Positions 31,420 to 42,700 of a stretch of 64,000 nucleotides of DNA are shown piece after piece. Origin of the DNA: Macrostomum lignano (lineage: Eukaryota); NCBI GenBank assembly GCA_002269645.1, contig NIVC01001541.1, forward strand, positions 207,797 to 271,796. Reading direction: 5' to 3'. How positions within the stretch are numbered: the stretch's first letter is position 1; every line of letters begins with the position of its first letter. The notes beneath the pieces were generated by a model, which worked only from the letters and a program-made list of their open reading frames with translations, was not told the origin of the DNA and ran no database searches. The position numbers and the translations under genes were made by a program.

Positions 31420-31730
31420 AACTAAACTAAACTAAACTAAAACAAACTAAACTAAACTAAACTAAACTAAACTAAACTAAACTAAAACAAACTAAACTAA
31501 GCTAAACTAAACTAAACTAAACTAAACTAAACTAAACTAAAACAAACTAAACTAAGCTAAACTAAACTAAGTTAAATTAAACTAAACTAAACTAAAACAA
31601 ACTAAACTAAGCTAAACTAAACTAAGTTAAATTAAACTAAACTAAACTAAACTAAGTTAAATTAAACTAAACTAAAACAAACTAAACTTAACTAAATTAA
31701 ACTAAACTAAAACTAACTAAACTAAACTAG
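31420..31730. repeat. (CTAAA)n microsatellite
   Basis: Read directly; absent from the paralogous flank near 18810-18860. Confidence 0.96.
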
Positions 31731-32266
31731 GCCACGTGAAATTAGCAACAATTTCGGAGAAGCCATCACCAAAGCTCTGGCCAGAGAGAGAGAAATTCCC
31801 TTTTATTCAAAATCCCAGAACACTGTGAAGTCGGCTGGCACACTGACGCAGCCCGGCTCTGCTAGGAGGTTCATTCCAAGATTTACGGTTACCTATGCGC
31901 AAAAATTTACGGAAGAGATCCAACCAGCGAGACAAAGTCAAGTTAATTGGCACGAGAGACGCAGGTTCGAACCTGGTCCTGTCACGACAGTAAATTGGCA
32001 CTGTATTCATTGAGTACAGTATTTATTGAGGCAAGCAGATCTAAACAGGCACTGTGAAAACAATCACAAATTTGATATTGAATTGACTTTGGTACGATGC
32101 TGGATGCAATCTTCAGAAACCGATTTTGAGTCAGAATATCTGTTTATCTGTGTAATTGTTGGGTGTAAAAGGCATTTTGCTTTTTTTAAAACTCATTTGA
32201 CACAAATCTGCGTATTTGATAGGCCTGGGCACCGGAGATCCGCAGAGCTCCCAAGGCGGTCATATC

Positions 32267-33040
32267 CTAGTCGAATGGGTTCACGCACTCGCACAGAGCT
32301 CTGACCCAAGAGGCTCCGGACTCCACTTCGTCGTCCAGGCCGAAGCTGCTGGAGTAACCGTACCAAATGTTCGTCCGGTTGTGCAGACCGTTCTCATTCG
32401 GCTCGCCGCTGCCCCACGCCTCGGGCTGGATGGTGGCGTTGCAGTCGCGCCAGTACCAGGTGCCGGAGCTGAGCGGGGAAGGCCGGTAACCGCCCAGGTA
32501 GAAGCTGCGCATCCACGAGCTCAGGTCTCCATTGAGGGTGGACTTGAAAGTACCGATGTGCTCAACTTCCGGCCTGTCGCCTGCGTCAGCGAACTTGACG
32601 AGTCCGGGCTCCGAGTTGCACTTGTTGAGGCCGTCCGTCCAGCTCGACACGCCGACCATCTTGTAGACGGAGCCGGAGAAACCGTTGGCGAAGCCGGCAG
32701 GGCAGAGCTGGCCCTCAGGCAGGCCCGGCTGCTGCCTCACGAAAGCCCACTCAGAGCGGGTGCAGGGCGAGTTCTGGTTGACTCTGTGGCTGCACCTGTC
32801 GAACTCGAAGGTCTGGCAGCCGGAGGCGCTCTCAGTTGTCAGCCGGAAGCCGCGGCACCGGTCGCCTCTCTCCACGCAGAATAGCGCGCAGAGCTTCTCG
32901 CTGCGGGCCGGGTAACTCGGCTCGAACAGGAACTGCGGTTTCAGGCAAAACCGGATGAGCCTGTGAGTGAAGACGGTGCGGTTCGGGCACAGGCTGTCGC
33001 CCGCTGTGAACAGGGTGAGCAGGAGCAGCTCCGTGAGCAT
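32267..33040 (-). CDS. Secreted PAN-like + C-type lectin domain protein, copy 4 (257 aa from the ATG at 33040)
   Basis: Signal-like MLTELLLLTLFTAGDS; divergent PAN half; CTLD almost identical to copy 2 (EPN). Confidence 0.88.
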   Translation of the reverse strand: MLTELLLLTLFTAGDSLCPNRTVFTHRLIRFCLKPQFLFEPSYPARSEKLCALFCVERGDRCRGFRLTTESASGCQTFEFDRCSHRVNQNSPCTRSEWAFVRQQPGLPEGQLCPAGFANGFSGSVYKMVGVSSWTDGLNKCNSEPGLVKFADAGDRPEVEHIGTFKSTLNGDLSSWMRSFYLGGYRPSPLSSGTWYWRDCNATIQPEAWGSGEPNENGLHNRTNIWYGYSSSFGLDDEVESGASWVRALCECVNPFD

Positions 33041-34139
33041 TCTGACGGTACCGTGTCTGTGTGGAATACCTCTTGTCCTGCTGGGATTCTTAATTACTTT
33101 TTGAGCAGTAGGCTTGCATTGGGATGACAAAGTTAACGCGTAGGCGGCGTCGTCCAATCGGCGTTGAGGCTTGCGGTGTTGCCTTGTCACTGAAAAAGAA
33201 GAGCTTTTTCCTGTTGCACCGGAGACGGCTAAAAAGCGAGTGTGTTAAGAAAAAGTGCAAAATTTTTGCTATGGTGATGAGGTTTTAGCTTGCAAGAACG
33301 GCATTGTTTTTGAAAACTAGTCACAGTTTATACAAGCGCCCTTAACTTTAGTGGAAGTGGCAGTCATGCCTTCCATTTGCACTAGCAGAAAGGAGAGTCG
33401 CTAGAACTCTAATCAATAGAGTCTCGTCAGCAGTTGCAGACAAAGAAAAGTTTTGGGCAGCCTCTCGACAGACAATATAACTAGCAGGGTCCGCTGGAAA
33501 CCTACACGGCGGCTAGGGAAGACGAGCATTGTTTCTCCATGAGGGCCCCGAGTGCTGCCTGCATGAAGGACGGCTCTCTGGCTTTCTGAGAAAGTAAAAA
33601 GCGCCAAGCGCGTGTTCCGGTGCAAGTCAATGTCAGGAAAAGTGCATCTGAATTTCTGCCACGCCAGCGCATTACAACACACCTGAGAGCTTTTTCTCGT
33701 GGCTCCCATTCCTGTTTTTTCCAGCATGATTTCGGCCGCTGTGGCAGCTGCGAGGAGGCAGGGTGAGTCTGTTTTGTGCTTTGCACACTTGCTGAGCGAG
33801 CAGCGAGGACTGCCATCTTAGCGTAATAAAAGGCCAAAAGGCGACTCCAATATTACACTTGTCTCAGCTGAACACAAAAACTGGGGTTGGAAAGTTGTCT
33901 TCGTTGTGCTTTGGCCTGAGTACTGAGGCACTCGCAGTCATTGTTCAGCTTGGGCATCACGCCACCTCTTGCCCGACTCCCTCACCTCATCAGTTGGCAC
34001 AATTCGCGAGCACTTTCGGCTTCACTTCAAATGCAAAACAACTAAAAATGCGAGCCCAGCAGCAGAGCGTTGAGCCAAAACAAATTCTGCAAATTCGAAA
34101 CCAAAGACGGCAGGGCAACGGCACCCGAGCAGAGCAGCC

Positions 34140-36655
34140 ATGGAGCAGGACAATCGGGTGGCGGAGTTCGCACTGCACTATGCCACGGTGCGCGCCTTCG
34201 CCGAGGACCGGCGCTGCCAGGCCAAGCACTGGGCGCGTCGCTACTTCAAGCTGGGCGCGGAGGCCCGGGGCCTCACTGTGACCAGCAGGTCAATGAGATT
34301 CCCGCCTGAGAAGGGTGACAGGAAGTCCTGCGAGTTCGTGTCTCACTACCTGGGGTTCAGAGCGAACTCGCTGGTGCTGCTCAGGAAGGCTGAGGCTCTT
34401 TTGATGGAGCTGCCTCTCAAAGGTGTAAGTGGCATTGGACTGTCTGTTTTCAGATGATTAGAGTAGTCTGATGTTCAGATGATAAGATGATTAGACTGGT
34501 TTGTCAGGTGTCAGACTGGTATGTCAGGTGTCAGACTGGTGTGTCAGGTGTAAGACTGGTTTGTCAGGGATCAGACTGGTGTGTCAGGTGTCAGACTGGT
34601 GTGTCAGGGATCAGACTGGTGTGTCAGGTGTCAGACTGGTGTGTCAGGGATCAGACTGGTGTGTCAGGTGTCAGACTGGTGTGTCAGGGATCAGACTGGT
34701 GTGTCAGGTGTCAGACTGGTGTGTCAGGTGTCAGACTGGTTTGTCAGGTGTCAGACTGGTATGTCAGGTGTCAGACTGGTGTGTCAGGTGTCAGACTGGT
34801 GTGTCAGGTGTCAGACTGGTATGTCAGGTGTCAGACTGGTTTGTCAGGTGTCAGACTGGTGTGTCAGGTGTCAGACTGGTATGTCAGGTGTCAGACTGGT
34901 GTGTCAGGTGTCAGACTGGTGTGTCAGGTGTCAGACTGGTTTGTCAGGTGTCAGACTGGTTTTTCAGGTGTCAGACTGGTATGTCAGGTGTCAGACTGGT
35001 ATGTCAGGTATTAGACTGGTATGTCAGGTGTCAGACTGGTATGTCAGGTGTCAGACTGGTATGTCAGGAGTCAGACTGGTATGTCAGGTGTCAGACTGGT
35101 GTGCCAGATGTCAGACTGGTATGTCAGGTGTCAGACTGGTATGTCAGGTGTCAGACTGGTATGTCAGGGGACAGACTGGTATGTCAGTTGTCAGACTGGT
35201 ATGTCAGGTGTCAGACTGGTGTGTCAGGTGTCAGACTGGTAGGCCACGTGTCAGACTGGTAGGCCACGTGTCAGACTGGTATTTCAGGGATCAGAATGGT
35301 ATGTCAGGTATCAGATTGGTGTGTCAGGTGTCAGACTGGTGTGTCAGGTGTCAGACTGGTGTGCCAGATGTCAGACTGGTATGTCAGGTGTCAGACTGGT
35401 GTGTCAGGTGTCAGACTGGTATGTCAGGTGTCAGACTGGTGTGTCAGGTGTCAGACTGGTATGTAAGGTGTCAGACTGGTATTTCAGGGGTCAGACTGGT
35501 ATTTCAGGGGTCAGACTCGTATTTTTCAGGGGTCAGACTGGTATTTCAGGTGTCAGACTGGTATGTAAGGTGTCAGACTGGTATGTCAGGTGCCAGACTG
35601 GTGTGTCAGGGATCAGACTGTTGTGTCGGAGGCCAGACTGGTGTGTCAGGGATCAGACTGGTGTGTCGGAGGCCAGACTGGTGTGTCAGGGGTCAGACTG
35701 GTGTGTCGGAGGCCAGACTGGTGTGTCAGGGGTCAGACTGGTGTGTCGGAGGCCAGACTGGTGTGTCAGGGATCAGACTGGTGTGTCGGAGGCCAGACTG
35801 GTGTGTCAGGGGTCAGACTGGTGTGTCGGAGGCCAGACTAGTGTGTCAGGGGTCAGACTGGTGTGTCAGGGGTCAGACTGGTGTGTCAGGGGTCAGACTG
35901 GTGTGTCGGAGGCCAGACTGGTGTGTCAGGGGTCAGACTGGTGTGTCGGAGGCCAGACTGGTGTGTCAGGGGTCAGACTGGTGTGTCGGAGGCCAGACTG
36001 GTGTGTCAGGGGTCAGACTGGTGTGTCAGGAGTCAGACTGGTGTGTCAGGGGTCAGACTGGTGTGTCGGAGGCCAGACTAGTGTGTCAGGGGTCAGACTG
36101 GTGTGTTGGAGGCCAGACTGGTGTGTCAGGGGTCAGACTGGTGTGTCAGAGGCCAGACTGGTGTGTCAGGGGTCACACTGCTGAAACCATGGCAACTCAA
36201 ACGCTGGCACCGCAGCCATGCGGAGAGCGGTTGACCCTGCACAACACGTCGGTGAGCAACTTTGTGGCCTGGGGCGGCTGCTGCTCCGGCCTGCTGACTG
36301 ACGGAGTCGAAGAGACAAACCCGCCTGACCACGTGCTGGATGAGGCCAACTGTAAGCCCGCTTTCTGAGCTTAGGAGTAAATAAATCTTTTCTTATACAG
36401 AGCTGATCCAGTCTGCAATCCAACCCTCGCTCACACCAGCCGATATCATCTGCACGCCTTTCTTGATGGCCAAGATCCACCTGTTCTACGGCGGGCCAGA
36501 AAAGGAGGTCCCGGGCTCGACTCTGCCAGATGAAGACATGCCAAGCGAAGTCGTCCAGAACCTGACAGATGCCTGCGATGGCATTCCGCTGACCGGGGCT
36601 CAGCGAATCCACCTGGTGAGCTGCTCAATCAGATAGCTTTCATCAGAATTTAATC

Positions 36656-36740
<85 letters not shown>

Positions 36741-39700
36741 GTCACTGTTGCAGACGCACGCCATCCTGCAAGACATCAACATCGGCCCGGAGCTGCGGTC
36801 CCGGATGCGCCGCATGGGGCCGGACCAGTTCTTCTGCAGCGAGCAGGAGAGCTGCCGCTACTGCAGCGGCCTGCGGGAGCGACTGGAGTCTGAAGACGAG
36901 TCAGAGCCAATCTGTGAGGAGTTTTAATTGACTCAATGCGTGCTTAGCTTAGGCTGTGCTTTCCAAAATATCAAAATATCAGATAGAATCAGGCCTATAA
37001 GCATTTGCCAACCCCTGTGAAGGCCTGGAGTACTTGCTCGAGTCGAACATCTTTGCTGACGCCTTCGCCATGCACGACAAAACTCGGGCAAAATCCAAGT
37101 GCTGCACCTGCGGCCCCAGCTGCTGCTGCTGCCTCTGCCTGAGCCCGCTCGGTCACGCGGTCGAGCCCGAGACCACCGCGGCAAGCAAGCCCAGACTGGA
37201 CCTGCGGCTGCGCCTGCGGAAAACCTGGGACTGCTGCTGCCGCTTCCAGCCCATCAGCCTCATCAGGCTGTACTTCGGCGAGAAGATGGCCTTCTACTTT
37301 GCCTGGGTCGGCTACATCATCTGGAGTCTGCTCTTCATCACCGCCTTCGGGCTGGCCTGCCTGATATACGGACTGGTCTACGCGTGAGTGCGCGGCTGCC
37401 CAGGGTGGCTCGCTGTCATGGGGTTTCTGTCACGAGCTCGAAATTTGACACCATTGAAGCGCTAATTATTTCACAAGCTAGAAACTTCACAACGTTGAAA
37501 ACTCTATAGCAAGTGACTTTTATGACTGATTTGCGCTGTAGCGCCACCTGGCGTTTGTCCATCCCCCCGCCTGGCGTGTTTGCGTCCCCCCCGCCCCACC
37601 CCTCCTCCTCGTGTTGGTACTTCAATTTGATGATGTATTGAAAATGTATGCTTCAGACACTGTATTGGAAACGGCAATCTTATCATCTTGACGTCCCTTG
37701 CGATAGAGTTTTCGACGTTCGGAAGGAAGTTGCTTTTGACGTTGTGAAATTTTGAGTTTGTGAACCGCCCCCGCCCCTGGTCACAGCTCTGTACATGTTT
37801 CTACAAAGCTCTAATGCTGCAGCCCAACTTGCCTTCCAGCTCCAACAATTATGTCGCCTCGTCGGAGAAATTTCTAAACAGCACTGGTGGAAATGCAAAC
37901 CAATTTTCTACTGGCAGCAAGTGAGTCAGGCAGATGATTGACAATTTCCCTATGTAGATTATAGCGTCTCTTTAGAGCTGCTAAGCCAACGTGTTGAAGG
38001 CAGGGGCGCAGCCAGGATTTCCTATTGGGGGCACGTCTCTGGGGGGGGCGCCAAGCCTGCTGGAAAAGAGGGGGGCCAAGCCTGCTGGAAAAGAGGGGGG
38101 GGGCCAAGCCTGCTGGAAAAGAGGGGGGGCCAAGCCTGCTGGAAAAGAGGGGGGCGCCAAGCCTGCTGGGAAAGAGGGGGGGCCAAGCCTGCTGGGAAAG
38201 AGGGGGGGCCAAGCCTGCTGGGAAAGAGGGGGGCCAAGCCTGCTGGAAAAGAGGGGGGGGCCAAGCCTGCTGGAAAAGAGGGGGGCGCCAAGCCTGCTGG
38301 GAAAGAGGGGGGGGGCCAAGCCTGCTGGGAAAGAGGGGGGGGCCAAGCCTGCTGGGAAAGAGGGGGGGCCAAGCCTGCTGGGAAAGAGGGGGGGCCAAGC
38401 CTGCTGGAAAAGAGGGGGGCGCCAAGCCTGCTGGGAAAGAGGGGGGGCCAAGCCTGCTGGGAAAGAGGGGGGGCCAAGCCTGCTGGGAAAGAGGGGGGCC
38501 AAGCCTGCTGGAAAAGAGGGGGGCCAAGCCTGCTGGAAAAGAGGGGGGCGCCAAGCCTGCTAGGAAAGGGGGGGGCCAAGCCTGCTGGGAAAGAGGGGGG
38601 GCCAAGCCTACTGGAAAAGAGGGGGGGCCAAGCCTGCTGGAAAAGAGGGGGGCGCCAAGCCTGCTAGGAAAGGGGGGGGGCAAGCCTGCTGGAAAAGAGG
38701 GGGGGCCACTGCTGGAAAAGAGGGGGGGGCCAAGCCTGCTGGAAAAGAGGGGGGGGGGCCAAGCCTGCTGGAAAAGAGGGGGGCCAAGCCTGCTGGAAAA
38801 GAGGGGGGCCAAGCCTGCTGGGAAAGAGGGGGGACCAAGCCTGCTGGGAAAGAGGGGGGCCAAGCCTGCTGGGAAAGAAGGGGGGACCAAGCCTGCTGGG
38901 AAAGAGGGGGGCCAAGCCTGCTGGAAAAGAGGGGGCGCCAAGCCTGCTGGGAAAGAGGGGGGCCAAGCCTGCTGGAAAAGAGGGGGGCGCCAAGCCTGCT
39001 GGGAAAGAGGGGGGGCCAAGCCTGCTGGGAAAGAGGGGGGGGCCAAGCCTGCTGGGAAAGAGGGGGGGCCAAGCCTGCTGGAAAAGAGGGGGGGCCAAGC
39101 CTGCTGGAAAAGAGGGGGGCCAAGCCTGCTGGAAAAGAGGGGGGGGCCAAGCCTGCTGGAAAAGAGGGGGGCCAAGCCTGCTGGAAAAGAGGGGGGGCCA
39201 AGCCTGCTGGAAAAGAGGGGACGCGGCTCTCTTGCCCCCCCTCGTTGCCCCCTCCCTAGCTACGCCCCTGGCTGAAGGAGTCACTAGTGTGGAGAAACAA
39301 AGCGCTAAGAAAGAAAATTTACCTTCAAAAACACTCCGCCCGATCTCAGACTGTCGATATTCATGGTCAGCTTGATGCAGTTCATCCGACTTGTGTTTGA
39401 GAACGAGCTCACTATTGTGTTCGGCTGCGTGCTCAGCCTGTGGAGCATGACCACCACCGAGACGTGGCGCAAGTACGAGAGCAGCCTGAGCTACCGCTGG
39501 GACATGAACAACCAGCTGTTCGCGGAGAGGTCGCTGCCGAACCGAGCTGTGCTCGTGCGGTGCTGCTGCCGCATGGTGAGTCTGAGCAGCTCACTGGTGC
39601 CTGCGACACTTTCGTAACCAAGGCCTACTGCAGAACACGTCAGAGTTGTGAAGACTCGGGTTCCAAACGAATTCTCTGTAGCAACCATAGCATAAACTGG

Positions 39701-42700
39701 GTTTTACAGAAAAGTATCAAGGAATCAATTTTTTGTTATTGTACTCGTACCATGACCTTTGTGCACGCTGGGAACTTATTCTTGCCTTTTAATGCCATAG
39801 ACTACGAGGGGTGCGCAAAAAGTTTTGGCAACTGGGTTCCCAATTGCAGATAAATTGTTAGTAAATCTTAAAACGTTATTAAAGTCCTTCAATGTAATCT
39901 CCGCCACGTTCTATGCATTTCTGGTGACGGCGGATCCATGCCTCGAAGGCAGCGCGGTACTCTGAAGCTGGCATGGTGTTCAGCTCTGAATTAATGCGGC
40001 GAGCCAGGTCTTGGGGCCGCTGAAAATGGCATCCAGCCATGCGTTCGGTCAGCTTCGGGAATGCCCAGAAGTCGCAGGGTGCCAAATCAGGACTGTACGG
40101 AGGGTGCGGTATCACTTTGAGCTTGTTATCGGCCAAAAAGCTCGTTGTCATGGCCGCAGTGTGGCTGGAGGCATTGTCGTGGTGCAAGTGAATTCTGCCA
40201 CTTTGGAGGCGGGTTGGCTGCTTTTCCATGACTGAAGCCACGACTTTAGGCAAAACCTCGCCAGTATAGAACGTGGCATTGACGTTCTGTCCATTTGGCA
40301 CCATAACAACTGTCTCTGGCCCGTTGATGCTGAAAAAGACGACGAACATCTGCTTCCTTGAGCGAAACCCTGGGCGCAGAACAGTTGGACGGTCTTCATC
40401 GGAACCAATCCAAACCTTGTTTTGGTTCTTGTGAGGCACTTGGAAGTAGTAGAACCACTTCTCATCACCAGTCACGACATCAGTAAGTCGTTTAGTGCCA
40501 CCTTCGCCGAAGCATCGCAGAAATTCTTGGCTGCATCGAACCCTCTCCTGCTTCTGCTCTGCTGTCAGTGCATGAGGTACCCAACGGGCCGTGACCTTGC
40601 GGAGGCCAAGATGGTCATGCAAGATGGTTCGGACACTGCCATCAGAAATGCCGATTGTCTGGCTAAGTAGTGCAACAGTGATATTGCGATCTTCGTCCAC
40701 CAGCTGTCGCACAGCAACAATGTTCTGCTCGGTCACGGATGTCATTGGCCTCCCAGAACGAGGGCTGTCGGTCATGGAGCGTCGACCAGCACTGACCAAT
40801 TCAATCCAACGGGCGACGGTGCGGTACGAAGGGGCTTGATCTGCTACAACTTGGACTAGCTCGGCATGAATTTTGGTGGCATTTTCTCCGAGCTGCGATC
40901 GCATGAAAACATAAAATCTCCACTGATCAGCAGTGATATTTTCCATTTGAAGGCTGAAAACGAGACTGTACGTTAATCAAAATGCTCTAGGAAGCGAAAA
41001 AATCAATGCAATGAGCTGAAAACTTATGGACAAACGCAAAATATGGTCATATTTATGAGATTAAAATGGCTACGTTTAAACGTTTATTTAAAAAGGAGCC
41101 AGTTGCCAAGACTTTTTGCGCACCCCTCGTACATTTAAGCCCGCTTCGTCCCCTCACCATGGATGAATGAATAGAATGGATTGCTATTCTGGCTGAGCTG
41201 GCTATTTTCGTTTTTGACTCTTTTGCATCCGGTTCCCCCCCGTGCCTTTTCATTGGTTGATGGTTGCCATGGACAATTTTCGGCCTTCGCCCCTTTCTTT
41301 CGATGCACAAGCGCAAAGAACTGAGAATTTCAACAAAGTTCAATTTCAACACAAGTAACTTCTATTTACTAACAAGAAAGCGCTTGTGCATCGAAAGAAA
41401 GGGGCAAAGGCCGAAAATTGTCTATGGCAATCATCAACCAATGAAAAGGCACGGGGGGAACCGGATGCAAAAGAGTCAAAAACGAAAATAGCCAGAGCCA
41501 GAATAGCAATCCATTCTATTCATTCATCCATGCCCCTCACCCCCAGCAGGGGCTTCGCCCCCACACCCCCATCCTCAACTTCAACCATAGACATACAAGT
41601 ATGGCTCCGGGATTTATCTGAATACATCCCGCTAAATTAATGTAGTTTAAATAAGATATTCTATGTGTTTTTCGGGCGGTATTTCACTCTCGGGATTTAA
41701 TCACATACCGACCTCAAACCCATGGAATATCTTATACTTATGCTTAATTAGGCGCCCTCTGATTTTCCCATTAACGCCCTTAAAGCATGGGTAAATCATT
41801 GGTAAATCAATGTACTATTATGAAAGACTAAAATTCTAAAAGCCATAGCAGCTTGAAGCAAGTTGGAGCAGTTTAATAAGGTGTGACATGTTGCATCTTT
41901 CTTACTATCAGAGTGTCTCGGCCTCTAAACCTGACCTTAAAAATGCTAATCTCGCCACATTCCCTCAACAGTCAACTGGTCGACACCAGACGGACTGCTT
42001 GCGTTGTCTCGGTGGCTTTTCGTTGATCTTCACCTGCGTGAGAGCCTTGATAGTTACAGTTTGATGCGGAAAAGTGGCGGCAATTTTTACTCTGTATTCA
42101 CATGCTAAAGCTTTGATAGTCTTTTGATAGAGGGACTGATGTCTGGTACTAGCGGGATATGCGCTAAACCATGACCTCATCAACTTTAAGAGATTGCCGG
42201 CGCAATGTTGTCGGTGCTACTCGTTAGTAGGCTCAAGTCACTGTGCTCATGAAACCGTTTGCTGTAACTTCGGGAACCACTGAACCGCAGGTGGCCATCG
42301 TGTTCGCGGTGACGGTGTCAATCCAGGTCACCAAGCTGGTTGCCACGGCCTGGCACTGCGTCGGCGCCAGTGAGGAGAGCAAAGACAGCGGGGCCTGCTT
42401 CTTCCTGGCCACGGCTCTGCCCGCCTTGGCGCACATCGTGCTCATCGATGCCTTCGATAGGGTAAACTTTGCCTGGCAGAGCCTGGGCTGTTGAGGAAGC
42501 GCTTCAAATCACTGAATCTAATCCTGGCCTTATTTTGTCTTTCAGCTGTACAGCGTACTGGCGAGGAAAATTACCAAGTGGGGTGAGTTTAGATGATTAT
42601 TAGAGTGGCAGACCAAGTGTCTGGGTTCGATGCCCAGATCAAATAGACGTTGCAAAGGACATCAGGGCCAGAGAAAGCCCAGATTTATTAGTGAAATTCT

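Noticed and set aside
32267-33190. 307-aa N-terminally extended lectin as given in the ORF track
   Set aside because: The extension is non-hydrophobic and starts at a non-ATG codon. The ATG at 33040 gives a signal peptide and a length matching the other copies.
39622-39800. AYCRTRQSC as anoctamin B exon 8 (resembles AWCQRRNEC of paralog A)
   Set aside because: A better exon with the same 66-nt size, flanking AG/GT and C.RC.G.FS motif lies at 41972-42037.
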